IMG/VR virus record: IMGVR_UViG_3300045747_000527
Location: 32,001 to 96,000 of that record
Direction: 5' to 3' (one strand)
DNA from: a virus
DNA: 64,000 nt
The translations under genes were made by a program, and so were the position numbers. Of the stretch, positions 16,847-26,517 are shown piece by piece; the first letter of the stretch is position 1; each line of letters starts with the position of its first letter. Below the pieces are notes generated by a model. The model did not search any database. It had not been told where the DNA came from and saw nothing but the letters and a program-made list of their open reading frames with translations.

Positions 16847-18862
16847 CTAAACCAGCGCGGCCTCTACACCGCGTCTCGGAGCTCTCTGCTGTGGCAGGGG
16901 TCTCGCTGAGGCGGAAGAGGCTGCGCTGGGGCCGTTACCCCCACTTGCCATTAGCCCTAGTACGGCGCTGTAAAGCTCCGGGCTCGCTGTCTGCAGACGC
17001 CCCAGCACCTCCTGTCGGTTACCCATAGGCACCTGGGCCACTCTGTCCGCCAGCTTACGTGCTGTCACCAAGAGCTGAGCGTCAGCTCCTGACCCGCCGG
17101 AAGGTGCACTCTGGAGTTCGAGCGGAGACTTCACAGCCTTGGGCATATCTAGGACTGTGGGGTCCCGCGGCGTAGGCTGCAGGTCCGGGTTCTCTGGCTG
17201 TGGCTGCCCAGTCTGAGCTGCCATCTGGTGATCCATGATGTCCTTCTGGACCTCAGCCTGGAACGCACCCTGATCTTTGTTGGCCTCATTCTGCAGAGCC
17301 AACTGTTCAGCCATCGCCTTATTCTGCGCCTTGGTCTGCCACTTCGAGGTAACCATCGCAGCCTCGCCTTCGATGTCTGCCTGAAGCAAACGCTGCTTCT
17401 TGGTGACGTTCGCGCGACGAGCCGTTTCCATCTCCAGAATCTTGTCCTCTTTCTGAGAATCAAGATCTGCGTCTGCCAGCAAAGTTTCGTCAGACACCTT
17501 GCCTGCTTGTGCGAGCTGGAAGAGGTACGCCTTGCGCTGAAGATCGTCCGCCATCTTGAAAGGCTTGAACCGGGCACGAACCGGGGCCCACCCCAAGTAG
17601 GAAGATGTGCGCTCAATGATCCAATGGAGCAGCGTCTTGTGGTCTGTCAGATAGCCAAGGTGCATGTTCTCCAACATGCGCATGCTGACGTTGGAGCCGC
17701 TGTACGAGAGACCACCAAAGATCAGCTCTACAGGCACGCCCATGCCCGCGATGATGTGCTCCGACCACACACGAATCTCCTGGCTAAGGAGCATCGCCCG
17801 GCCGTCACCACCGATGGTCTGCTGCCCGATGGGCAGAGACATGATCGGAATATAGTTGTTATCCGCACGCCACTGCCGAATCTCCTGTGCCACCTGATCT
17901 CGCCAGTCAGCCAGGTTCACGCTGGAGTACGGGTCAGACGAGGCAGAGCCAGCCTGCGGGAACAACACGCGCAAAGGAACGATGTGCTCCATCGCGATGC
18001 TCTCCTGTGCCTTGCGAAGAATCTGCAGGTAGAAGGTGTCCTTCAGTACCGGCAAGATCATAGGCGTTCCCCAGCCGCGGTCCTTGCCCGCGAGAGTTGG
18101 ACGCTTGAAGTGGAAGATATTGTCTCGGCTGAAGACGACTGCTTTCTTTAGCCTAAGCGCCTCGATGAACAGCTGTGGCACCGTCTCAACCGCGGACTTC
18201 TTGCCGATAATGACGTCGTTCTTCAGCTGCACCGGGATGGTGTAGTAGTACTCGTACTCGCCGTTGATGTCATTGTACCGAATGTCCACGTCCTCCGGGT
18301 TCCACCGGATAAGCCGGATACCCTTCGCCGCCTTGACGTAGTGGTCCCGCACCTTGCACGGCCCCATCTCGCCGCACTTCGGGCAGTTCCAGTGGAACTC
18401 GAAGTTCATGAACCGGTAATCTGCGTGAGCCGCTTCCTTCTCGTAGTTGCAGTTCTTGCAGATTAAGATCTTAACGAACGGGTAAAAGATGCTGACCAGA
18501 GCGTTGCCGTAGACGTAGTAGTCCAGGCCAACCTCTATCTGAAACGCACGGTAGCGCAGCTGCTCACCCAGGAAGGCAGACCACCGCTCTTTGTGCTCCA
18601 GCCTGTCCGTATCCAGGATGATATCTGTGACTGGGTACTCGGCCATCTTGGAGGCCACTGTGTTGATCAGCGGGTTGACCAAGAAATAGTACCGACACCA
18701 CCGGAACATCTGCTTGACGGTGGCCGGCAGGTACGTCTGACCAATGTCAAAGAATGGACTCGGGTATTGGAGACCCTGGTCGCCCGAGCCCCCGATGCGT
18801 CCGCGAGTACGAGAGAACCTAAGTGCGGAGGACGCGAGGTCCCCAGAACCCATGAGGGCCAT
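16847..18862 (-). CDS. Portal protein with Zn-ribbon insertion and Gln-rich tail
   Basis: Portal-like architecture (NPLINTVASKMAEYP; GWGTPMILPVLKD; GVPVELIFGGLSYSGSNV). CKNC...CPKC insert. Located in the head/packaging region. Confidence 0.7.
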   Translation of the reverse strand: MALMGSGDLASSALRFSRTRGRIGGSGDQGLQYPSPFFDIGQTYLPATVKQMFRWCRYYFLVNPLINTVASKMAEYPVTDIILDTDRLEHKERWSAFLGEQLRYRAFQIEVGLDYYVYGNALVSIFYPFVKILICKNCNYEKEAAHADYRFMNFEFHWNCPKCGEMGPCKVRDHYVKAAKGIRLIRWNPEDVDIRYNDINGEYEYYYTIPVQLKNDVIIGKKSAVETVPQLFIEALRLKKAVVFSRDNIFHFKRPTLAGKDRGWGTPMILPVLKDTFYLQILRKAQESIAMEHIVPLRVLFPQAGSASSDPYSSVNLADWRDQVAQEIRQWRADNNYIPIMSLPIGQQTIGGDGRAMLLSQEIRVWSEHIIAGMGVPVELIFGGLSYSGSNVSMRMLENMHLGYLTDHKTLLHWIIERTSSYLGWAPVRARFKPFKMADDLQRKAYLFQLAQAGKVSDETLLADADLDSQKEDKILEMETARRANVTKKQRLLQADIEGEAAMVTSKWQTKAQNKAMAEQLALQNEANKDQGAFQAEVQKDIMDHQMAAQTGQPQPENPDLQPTPRDPTVLDMPKAVKSPLELQSAPSGGSGADAQLLVTARKLADRVAQVPMGNRQEVLGRLQTASPELYSAVLGLMASGGNGPSAASSASARPLPQQRAPRRGVEAALV

Positions 18863-19744
18863 TTACCACGCTCCTGGCTCTGCCGCAGGCGGCGGGGCCA
18901 TCTGTTGTACTGGTTGCTGCGGAGGCTGGAGAGAGGGCTTTGCCCGTGAGAACGTACGGTCTGCCAAGCGGCCTAGTCTATTGCCCGCGACGCCCATAAC
19001 GCCGCTTACTGCCAAGCTTGGGAGCACACCTGACGGGGCGACAAGGTTTCCTACCAAAGAGCCGGCGGAACCCAGAATACGCTCAGCCTTACCTGGGCCG
19101 CCCTCCTCTGTGGGTAGGACGGCCTGATGAACGGTGTCTGCCGCCTGGAGTCCAGTAACCGTTTTGCCGAGCCAGTCCATCCGGTTCCAGGCGTTCCCGA
19201 GCATGCGCTTTGGATCTCGCACCATGCCCTTAGCCACACCAGGGATAGTGTTCCACCCCTCAGCGTGTGCGAGATTATCCGCTGAAGTTGGTGTCTTGCC
19301 GAGCAGACCGACTTGCTTTGCTGACTTCAGGTCCATCCGGCTCACGTTCGGGGCACTGCCGGTAAACTGATAGCGTGTGCGCGTACCAAAATTCTGGAGG
19401 CTGCTCTTGGCCGCTGCACGCCCACCCTTAGTCGCGAGAGCTCCGACACCCACAGCACCTGCTCCCAGCAGAGCACCCTGGGCGATGTTGCCGATGCGGC
19501 TTCGACGATGTAGGCCGCCCTGGTCATCCTCCTCATACCCTGGCTGCCGAAGCCCGCCAAGCACCCCGCCAGCGCCCGCACCCATCAGCATCTGGGTGCC
19601 ATACCGCCCGCGGATGAGAGAGCGCGCAGCACCCAACGACGTGGGTATGCTGTGCTTGCCCGCGAATTCCGCGGCAGCACTTCCCAAGCCGCTGGTCTTC
19701 TCAAGCTCGGCCACCAGCGCGTCCATGCTCTGTATTGTGATCAT
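18863..19744 (-). CDS. Gly/Ala-rich putative ejection/internal virion protein
   Basis: N-terminal LVAELEKTSG; hydrophobic G/A segments; Gln/Pro tail. Confidence 0.65.
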   Translation of the reverse strand: MITIQSMDALVAELEKTSGLGSAAAEFAGKHSIPTSLGAARSLIRGRYGTQMLMGAGAGGVLGGLRQPGYEEDDQGGLHRRSRIGNIAQGALLGAGAVGVGALATKGGRAAAKSSLQNFGTRTRYQFTGSAPNVSRMDLKSAKQVGLLGKTPTSADNLAHAEGWNTIPGVAKGMVRDPKRMLGNAWNRMDWLGKTVTGLQAADTVHQAVLPTEEGGPGKAERILGSAGSLVGNLVAPSGVLPSLAVSGVMGVAGNRLGRLADRTFSRAKPSLQPPQQPVQQMAPPPAAEPGAW

Positions 19745-19752
19745 AGCTACCT

Positions 19753-20514
19753 CTACGTCAGCAGCAGTAGTTGTTCTTTGAGCTGCTCCCGACGCTTAGT
19801 CAGATAGTCCCACGCCACCTTCAATTTTGCTACCTGTACATCCACAGCATTTTCCTGCAGGTCCAGAGAGGCCCCACCACGCAGCTGGAGATACCTGGTC
19901 TGGGTCTCATGTACAATGGACGCGTAATCTTCCACCGGCCTGGAGGCCGCGTACAAATCAATGTCTGGCTGACAGAACTTCAGCTCGTCCGGGGCGTACA
20001 GAACACCTTCATCCAAAATACTGGCTGCGACGTACCCCTGCACCTCGGGGGAGAAGACCTCATCGGCACGGACCAAAGTAGCAACGTCAACGGCGTTCAG
20101 CAGCTGGCCGATAGACGGCTTCTGCATGGTCTGCCAGTCGGGAATGTTGTTGTTCAACGCCTGAGAGATCCAACCGAACACTTCCCACTCTGTCCAGAAA
20201 CTCTCTGAGATGTGCAAGGTCTTGATCGCTTGAATCTTCGTCTTGGCATGGTCAGAGATGGAGGGCACCTTGAAGTCCCGTAAAATCTCAGACCACAGAG
20301 TAGCTGCCTCCCACTCGAACCAATCCACGCCGTACTCTTTGAGCAAGGCCACGTCGTACACCACAGGGTGGGTGTCGTGATGTACGAACAGTGTTTTCCG
20401 CGTGACAGGAGACGCCTTCCACCCTGTTGCAGGCGGAGGCGTGGCCTCCACTATTGGGGCAGGCCGCTGGCCTATACCTTCCAGTACGGTCAGCAGGTCT
20501 GCCCCGTGGTCCAT
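19753..20514 (-). CDS. Hypothetical protein (structural operon)
   Basis: 253-aa ORF tightly packed in the minus-strand operon. Confidence 0.65.
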   Translation of the reverse strand: MDHGADLLTVLEGIGQRPAPIVEATPPPATGWKASPVTRKTLFVHHDTHPVVYDVALLKEYGVDWFEWEAATLWSEILRDFKVPSISDHAKTKIQAIKTLHISESFWTEWEVFGWISQALNNNIPDWQTMQKPSIGQLLNAVDVATLVRADEVFSPEVQGYVAASILDEGVLYAPDELKFCQPDIDLYAASRPVEDYASIVHETQTRYLQLRGGASLDLQENAVDVQVAKLKVAWDYLTKRREQLKEQLLLLT

Positions 20515-20518
20515 CTGG

Positions 20519-21286
20519 TTAGGCAGCCAGCGTGACGTTGACAGAGGACGTCAGCACACCATTGGACGAAATACGGATCGGCACGGTATCTGCCGCCGCG
20601 CAAGCTGGAGTCTGCCCCGTGAGAGCAGGCACCGTGACCTTGACGCCTGTGTCCGTCCAGGACGCTGCGCCAGCGGTACCTGTCGTGTTGAACGGCAAGC
20701 ACTCGGTGTTGGACGCCGTGACTTTGTTCCCAGCGTAGTAGCCTACGCCACCAGCCAGCGGAGTCTTGGCGACTGCAGCAACGTACTTACCGAGGCTGCC
20801 CGAGGCTGCCCGAATGATTCCGCGACAAGCCGAGGCATCCGCGTTGACTGCCGTGGCAATCGCGTCGTCCGTGCTACCGCCAGTAGCCAACGTGATCGTA
20901 AGGGTGTTGTTCGCAAACGCGATTATGAGCGAGGAGCCCGTCGCGACTACAACCGAAAGACCACTATCACCTGGCTTCAGCGCCGTAAACGTGACGGAGC
21001 CCAACCCAGTAGTGGGCGTAGCGTCCACCAGGGCGAGGCTGTCAAACGTCTGCCCTTGCAGCAAACGCAAACCATTCAGCTGCACTGCTGCGCCAGCCGC
21101 AGAAACAGCAGGTCCCTTGACCTGAATCAGCTCTGGAAATGCCACTCGGCCTTCCGCTGCCTTGAACCCCGCATCTACGTCTTTGCGAAGGTCATCCACA
21201 GCGCCGGGTACTCCTCCATGGCCCGCGGTCAGGTGTTCGTTGGCGGCCTTCTGTGGCCCGAATGAAACAGATTTCAACATTTGCAT
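20519..21286 (-). CDS. Putative head decoration/structural protein
   Basis: AGGAG RBS; Ala/Thr/Gly-rich beta-type sequence. Confidence 0.6.
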   Translation of the reverse strand: MQMLKSVSFGPQKAANEHLTAGHGGVPGAVDDLRKDVDAGFKAAEGRVAFPELIQVKGPAVSAAGAAVQLNGLRLLQGQTFDSLALVDATPTTGLGSVTFTALKPGDSGLSVVVATGSSLIIAFANNTLTITLATGGSTDDAIATAVNADASACRGIIRAASGSLGKYVAAVAKTPLAGGVGYYAGNKVTASNTECLPFNTTGTAGAASWTDTGVKVTVPALTGQTPACAAADTVPIRISSNGVLTSSVNVTLAA

Positions 21287-21316
21287 CTCCTTGTTTGATC
21301 AGCCAGTGAAGGCCAG

Positions 21317-22528
21317 TTAGGGCTGCGTATCCTGCAGAATGTGGCAGACAATACGCTTGGTATCCAGTGGAAGGGACCCGAATACCTCAATTGGTTTCTT
21401 CGCGAGTTCACTCGCCAGCTCCCCACCAAACCTGGCCTTTATCTGGTGGATCTTCCCGCTGTCATTTACGCCGTTTCTGAGAACGTCTTCCTTCAGGACG
21501 TCGGGCCCCTCCACCCAACTCCATTCCGCTCTCTTCTCGAAACCGAACGTAGACGAGACAGGGTCAACGACCTCACTGTCCCACCGTAGGTTCAGCCCGG
21601 TAGCTTCATCGAACTGCTTCAACGCCTCACAGAAAACCTCTGGAGATACGCTGGCGTACTTGCCCATCAAGCCATCCAGCAAAGTCTTCTCGGGGTCTCC
21701 GTTCGACCAGAACTGCATACGGGTTGCCACAGCAGCGTGAACATCATCCCGCTCCGCGAATTTGGTGCCCGCGTACTTACGGATGTTATCCGTCACGCTG
21801 ATACCAAGCACGTCTGCCCGAGCCGCCAGCTTCGTGCAGTACTCTCGTCTCTCGTCTGGATGAAGTGTACGCTGGTTCTCTTCGAACCACCGGTTAGCCG
21901 TGAGAACGTCACCGTAACTGTCCAGAGGGAACCGGCCATGCCCCTCCTTGACCAGCGCAAAAATCGGAGCCGCCGCTAGCTTCTGACAAAACGCCTCGAC
22001 CACACCTACCGGCTCTGATACTCCCGTGATATCCACGTACCGGCTCGCCAGCTTCTTCGTGTCACTGGATGCGGGCACGGACTCATCCGCAGTACCCGAA
22101 GCATGATCATTACCTGGATGGCTTGCCTGCATCGGCATGACCTCTGTCCCGGTAAGATCTGCTTTCTTTTGCGTCTTGGCTGCGGCCTTGAGCAGAAGAG
22201 GGGGCTCTACCCCGAACGCCTCACAAGCCACGCACAGGTTGGTGGCGGCAACGTACTGTGCTTCCTTCGTCAGCTTGCCCTGGTTGTCCAGAAAATAGAT
22301 CACGGACAACGCCGTGTTCCCCTGATCGACACATGCGTACTTCCGCAGCTTCTTCCCCTGGTCAACCAGAACCAGAGCGAACGCGTCATCTGGCAGAGAC
22401 GCCAGCTTCTCCGGAGTCACGCACTCCGCAGCTCGAACGTAGTCCGGCACCTGAGCCGCAGCCAGCTTCCTCTTCAGCACCAAACCCGTAGGGTCATCGT
22501 AGAAATCAAGGATCTCGCCAGTGTTCAT
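21317..22528 (-). CDS. K-x-A-motif virion protein with duplicated small domain (DUF6582-like by recall)
   Basis: Repeated FAL...RKYA/RFPL.D.....A..(Y/W)F unit; RKLAA, EKLAS, KKLAS, QKLAA, EKRAE. Confidence 0.6.
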   Translation of the reverse strand: MNTGEILDFYDDPTGLVLKRKLAAAQVPDYVRAAECVTPEKLASLPDDAFALVLVDQGKKLRKYACVDQGNTALSVIYFLDNQGKLTKEAQYVAATNLCVACEAFGVEPPLLLKAAAKTQKKADLTGTEVMPMQASHPGNDHASGTADESVPASSDTKKLASRYVDITGVSEPVGVVEAFCQKLAAAPIFALVKEGHGRFPLDSYGDVLTANRWFEENQRTLHPDERREYCTKLAARADVLGISVTDNIRKYAGTKFAERDDVHAAVATRMQFWSNGDPEKTLLDGLMGKYASVSPEVFCEALKQFDEATGLNLRWDSEVVDPVSSTFGFEKRAEWSWVEGPDVLKEDVLRNGVNDSGKIHQIKARFGGELASELAKKPIEVFGSLPLDTKRIVCHILQDTQP

Positions 22529-22584
22529 TGGCTGCTCCGCCTCGTTGTTGCCATGTGTCTAAAGTCGCCCAAACGCTTACGAAA

Positions 22585-22614
22585 ATACTACGTGCTTAGG
22601 AACTGCTGTGTCAA
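22585..22614 (-). promoter_or_regulatory. Sigma70-like promoter for the leftward structural operon
   Basis: Minus strand TTGACA-N18-TAGTAT, about 55 nt upstream of the 22528 start. Confidence 0.55.
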
Positions 22615-22625
22615 GCAACCCCTCC

Positions 22626-22654
22626 GGCAAAAAGCTGTGATTCGTCGGTATAAG
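22626..22654 (+). promoter_or_regulatory. Phage promoter motif, copy 4 (heads the replication operon)
   Basis: GGCAAAAAgctgtgattcgtcGGTATAAG. Confidence 0.7.
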
Positions 22655-22695
22655 TCCTTTGATCTAGTACCCAACTACTAACGCCAGGAGACCCA

Positions 22696-23073
22696 ATGTC
22701 ATTTGCCGACCGAATCGGAGTATCTGCCCCAGTAGAGAAACCCAGCTGCTGGGGAAACAAGAACGCCTTTGACCCGGAGGATAGCGACTGCTCTGAGTGT
22801 AGGTTCCAGAACAGCTGTCGCCAAGAAGTAGGCGCCAAGCAGCGCGTCTACCAGGTCGGGGTCAACCAAGCACCACGACCATCCATTCCGCAGACGTCCT
22901 ACCGCCCCAACTACCAAGCACACCCAAACGACACGTACCCAACCTGGGCTCCGGGTCCCACGCACGAAAATGACCGACCCCTAGCTCGACTCGCAAAGGA
23001 TGTTGCCGTAGGCGGCCTCCATGGATTAGGCCTACAGTTCGTTCGGTTCTTCTCCGTGTGGAGAATGAAATAG
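22696..23073 (+). CDS. Small Cys-cluster protein
   Basis: AGGAG RBS; CWG...CSEC...C; first gene of the replication operon. Confidence 0.65.
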   Translation: MSFADRIGVSAPVEKPSCWGNKNAFDPEDSDCSECRFQNSCRQEVGAKQRVYQVGVNQAPRPSIPQTSYRPNYQAHPNDTYPTWAPGPTHENDRPLARLAKDVAVGGLHGLGLQFVRFFSVWRMK

Positions 23074-23081
23074 GAGACAGT

Positions 23082-25325
23082 ATGAACAGAGATCCAGACC
23101 TCGGCTACTACGGGCGCAACCTGTGGTTGCCTAAGAAACACGTCAACGTCCGCAGTGTCAAAGCCGGCCTGGAGTTCCCCGTCATGGGGGAGAAAGGAAT
23201 CGAGTACCTCCAGCTGTGGACAGATAGGAGCACGCATCTTGTAGTACCAAGGGAGTTCATCCGTCGAACGATGTACCCGTCACTGCCGTTCAAGATCGTT
23301 CCGGTCCTTCCTGCATCATACAGGCAGGTAAAATTCAAAGAGAACATCACTCTGGACATCAAGGACCCCACCCAGGACATCCAGAAGAACGCGTTCAAAG
23401 CGTACATGGCTGCCGACTGCGGCATCCTGAACCTAGCCTGTGTCTCGGGAAGTGCCCTAATCGACCTGAATAGAGCGGGTAAGGGCTTCAGCATAAACCT
23501 GCGAGATGCCTACGAAAGGTTCAACGGATTAGCCGCAAAGCACAACTGGGATCAAACAATACCCACCTTCGTGAGATCAAATAAGGGAAAACAAGTAGGG
23601 CTACAGAGAGTGGCGGCCATGCTCTACAAAGGCAAGCGCCGTACGTACACGCTGCGCCTAAGAAACGGAATGACCTTACGTGCTACTGGAGATCACGAGA
23701 TACAAGTCGAAGAAAATAAGTACGTCCCACTGCGCGAACTCGCTCCTGGAGACTCCGTACTGATAGACTCAGATCGCACAGAGTCCATTCGAAAGCCAAA
23801 AGAGGCGTATCGGAGGCTTAGCTGGTACCCCAGTCACCCCTTCGTACGAGTACAAAAACGAACAAGACCCTCAGGCAAGATAGACCTGTGCTGCCAGATA
23901 GAAGAACACCGCATTGTGGCTGAGTGCGCCCTCAACAAAATAGGAAGCATCAAGGGGTATCGGGCCCTGTTCAAGACAGGCAAGATTGCGGGACTGCAAT
24001 TTATCGATCCTGCCCTTTTCCACGTACATCACATCGACGAGAACAAAAGAAACAACTCCCCGGACAACCTAGAGATACTGCCGGCAGAGGAACACAGAGC
24101 CCACCACTCTATGGGGGCCGAGGCATTTGGATACGGAATACCAACAGCTAGAGAAATAGAGTCCATCACTCCCTTTGGGATGGAAGACGTCTACGACATC
24201 GTGTGTGACGATCCGCACCACAACTTCACGGCTAACAAGATCATAGTACACAATTGTGGCAGGGGCAAAACGGCGCTGACTCTCAAGCGAATAGCAGCAC
24301 GAGGAGTACCCGCCCTCGTGATCATGAATAACACCACACTCATAGGGCAGTGGGGAAAAAGTATTGAACAGTTCTTGGAGGTGGAAGGAGGCGTGGGCAT
24401 AGTCCAAGGCCCGCCCGATACCTGGGACTGGCACGACCGGGGCATCGTGCTGGCCTCCCTCATGTCCGTGGCCATTCGGTACCAGGAGTTACCCGTTGGT
24501 TTCTCCTCCTACTTTGGTGACATCTACTACGACGAAGTCCACCACTTATCTGCTGAAGTGTTCTCCCGTGCCGCGCCCATGTTCTACGGCAAACGGTACG
24601 GGCTGACTGCAACCCCAAAGAGAGAAGACGGGCTAGAGCTGGTGTACCAGTACAACATCGGCCCAGTATTCCATCGATACTTGATCCAGGACCTGACTCC
24701 GAAAATCTTCTTCCACTTGAACCCAGTCAAGCTGAACATGCTCAGTGCGGATGTGAAGTTTGCCATCTCAGACAAGAACGGCAAACCCTGCCTACCTAAG
24801 CTGCGGTCGTACCTGGGCACCATGCCGGAGAACAATAGGTACATCGCCAAAGAAACCAAACGAGCCCTGGCCAAGGGCCGCAAGATACTGGCTCTGAGTC
24901 ACAGCGTAGACCAGCTCGTCACTCTCCACAAAATGTTCAGAGGGTCCGGGCTCTGCATAGGCGACGTAAAGGACATCAACCTTCGTCTGAAGGCCCTGCG
25001 GGAATGCCAATTGACCTTCGGGACACTCGATCTAGTGCGAGAGGGGCTAGACGAAGACACGCTAGACACAATCTTCTTCCTCACACCGTTCGGGAGCAAG
25101 GACATAGTAGACGGGGGCAAGAACACTTTCCAGCAGGGCATGGGGCGTGCTCTTCGCCCACGCAAAGACAAAAGGCAACCTGTGATCACGGTATTCGACT
25201 ACCTGTACATCCCTAAGCTGCACCAGCAGTGCAACAAAATGAAGCAGTTATTGAAGGAGTGGCCTGTCGATGAGGGCGGTCCATTTGAGTTTGAGGTAAT
25301 CAAAGCGTACGAGGAGATCAAATGA
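23082..25325 (+). CDS. Superfamily II (UvsW/XPB-like) helicase containing an intein
   Basis: Walker A restored after splicing (LNLA|CGRGKT); DEVHH; GLTATP; QGMGRALR. AGGAG RBS before the ATG at 23082. Confidence 0.9.
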   Translation: MNRDPDLGYYGRNLWLPKKHVNVRSVKAGLEFPVMGEKGIEYLQLWTDRSTHLVVPREFIRRTMYPSLPFKIVPVLPASYRQVKFKENITLDIKDPTQDIQKNAFKAYMAADCGILNLACVSGSALIDLNRAGKGFSINLRDAYERFNGLAAKHNWDQTIPTFVRSNKGKQVGLQRVAAMLYKGKRRTYTLRLRNGMTLRATGDHEIQVEENKYVPLRELAPGDSVLIDSDRTESIRKPKEAYRRLSWYPSHPFVRVQKRTRPSGKIDLCCQIEEHRIVAECALNKIGSIKGYRALFKTGKIAGLQFIDPALFHVHHIDENKRNNSPDNLEILPAEEHRAHHSMGAEAFGYGIPTAREIESITPFGMEDVYDIVCDDPHHNFTANKIIVHNCGRGKTALTLKRIAARGVPALVIMNNTTLIGQWGKSIEQFLEVEGGVGIVQGPPDTWDWHDRGIVLASLMSVAIRYQELPVGFSSYFGDIYYDEVHHLSAEVFSRAAPMFYGKRYGLTATPKREDGLELVYQYNIGPVFHRYLIQDLTPKIFFHLNPVKLNMLSADVKFAISDKNGKPCLPKLRSYLGTMPENNRYIAKETKRALAKGRKILALSHSVDQLVTLHKMFRGSGLCIGDVKDINLRLKALRECQLTFGTLDLVREGLDEDTLDTIFFLTPFGSKDIVDGGKNTFQQGMGRALRPRKDKRQPVITVFDYLYIPKLHQQCNKMKQLLKEWPVDEGGPFEFEVIKAYEEIK
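23439..24254 (+). mobile_element. Intein (272 aa) with HNH endonuclease
   Basis: Starts CVSGSA, block B ATGDHEI, HNH core HVHHIDENKRNNSPDNLEILPAEEHRAHH, ends IIVHN followed by Cys+1. Confidence 0.9.
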
Positions 25326-25798
25326 GTGAAGAGAGCAACAAACCAAACGAGTCCGAAGAATGGATCATGGTCGGCGCCGGCGACCCAATGAACTTCTACG
25401 TTGGCCACCTCCGAGCCTCAGAAGACTGGCCAGCGCAAATTGCGGCACGTGACCTACGTGATCCCGCGGAATTACGCGCAGTAACCGAGCGCTGCATCGC
25501 GTGGGGAGAGCCACTCACCCTTGTAGAAACGCGGCTGTTCATGACGATGTTCCAGCCCTCCCCCAATGGGGGCATGGGGATGGTCTCTCAGCTGGCTCCA
25601 GTTTCTGGTAGCGGAGGGCCAGTCATCCTGCGGATCAAGCCGACAATCGTTGTGTTCCCTGCGGACACACCAGGCATGGCAGAGCGCATCTCTGAGATGT
25701 CCACGCAGGTAGCATCACGAGAGATGGAGGCACGGGCCAAGGCATCCGGCATTCACCTGGGTGGAACTATGCCCCCTGGGATCAACAGGAGGCAGTAG
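25322..25798 (+). CDS. Hypothetical protein
   Basis: AGGAG RBS; coupled to the helicase stop. Confidence 0.6.
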   Translation: MSEESNKPNESEEWIMVGAGDPMNFYVGHLRASEDWPAQIAARDLRDPAELRAVTERCIAWGEPLTLVETRLFMTMFQPSPNGGMGMVSQLAPVSGSGGPVILRIKPTIVVFPADTPGMAERISEMSTQVASREMEARAKASGIHLGGTMPPGINRRQ

Positions 25799-26517
25799 TG
25801 AACAAGGGCAAACAGCTTGCCATACTGAGGGATGACTGGCTGGAGTGCGGCCGGTGCGGGCTCTGTGAGAGGAGAAAGCATGTTGTCTTTGGGGAGGGCA
25901 ACCCTTCTGCTAAGATCTTAATTGTGGGAGAAGCCCCAGGTCCGGAGGAGGACAAGTCGGGGCGCCCGTTTATGGGCGAGACAGGGAAGATCTTAGATAC
26001 GTTCCTCCGCGCAGCTAGACTTGACCGAAGGGAGGACGTCTACATCACCAATGTCGTCGGCTGCCGCCCAACGGTGTCCAACCTGAACGACGCCACGGGA
26101 GAGTCCGTGGTAGAGAACCGCACGCCAAGTACTGAAGAGAGGAACGCGTGTAAGCAGCGAGTCTTAGACACGATCTATGCAGTAGATCCGTTACTCATCG
26201 TAGGGCTGGGTAAGACGGCCCTCCAAACTCTGCTGGGCAAAACCAACGTCATAGCCAAGATGCGCGGCAACGTCTACACCATGCACATGCCCGGCAAGCG
26301 GGTCGCAGACCTACGGTACCCAGTGCTCGCCATGTTCCACCCATCCTTCCTAGCCAGGAACTTCGAGTACACAAACCCTGAGGGCGTCTGGTACCAGACT
26401 GGACGCGATTTCAAACTACTAACCGAAGTCATCGACTACATCGATCTGAAATACTACGGAATCGCACGGAGGCGTTATGACCAGCCCGAAGAACAAAACC
26501 CTGACACCGAAGACTGA
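25798..26517 (+). CDS. udg: Uracil-DNA glycosylase, family 4 (Fe-S)
   Basis: CGRCGLC, VGEAPG, GRPFMG, YITNVVGCRP, MFHPSFL. Confidence 0.9.
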   Translation: MNKGKQLAILRDDWLECGRCGLCERRKHVVFGEGNPSAKILIVGEAPGPEEDKSGRPFMGETGKILDTFLRAARLDRREDVYITNVVGCRPTVSNLNDATGESVVENRTPSTEERNACKQRVLDTIYAVDPLLIVGLGKTALQTLLGKTNVIAKMRGNVYTMHMPGKRVADLRYPVLAMFHPSFLARNFEYTNPEGVWYQTGRDFKLLTEVIDYIDLKYYGIARRRYDQPEEQNPDTED

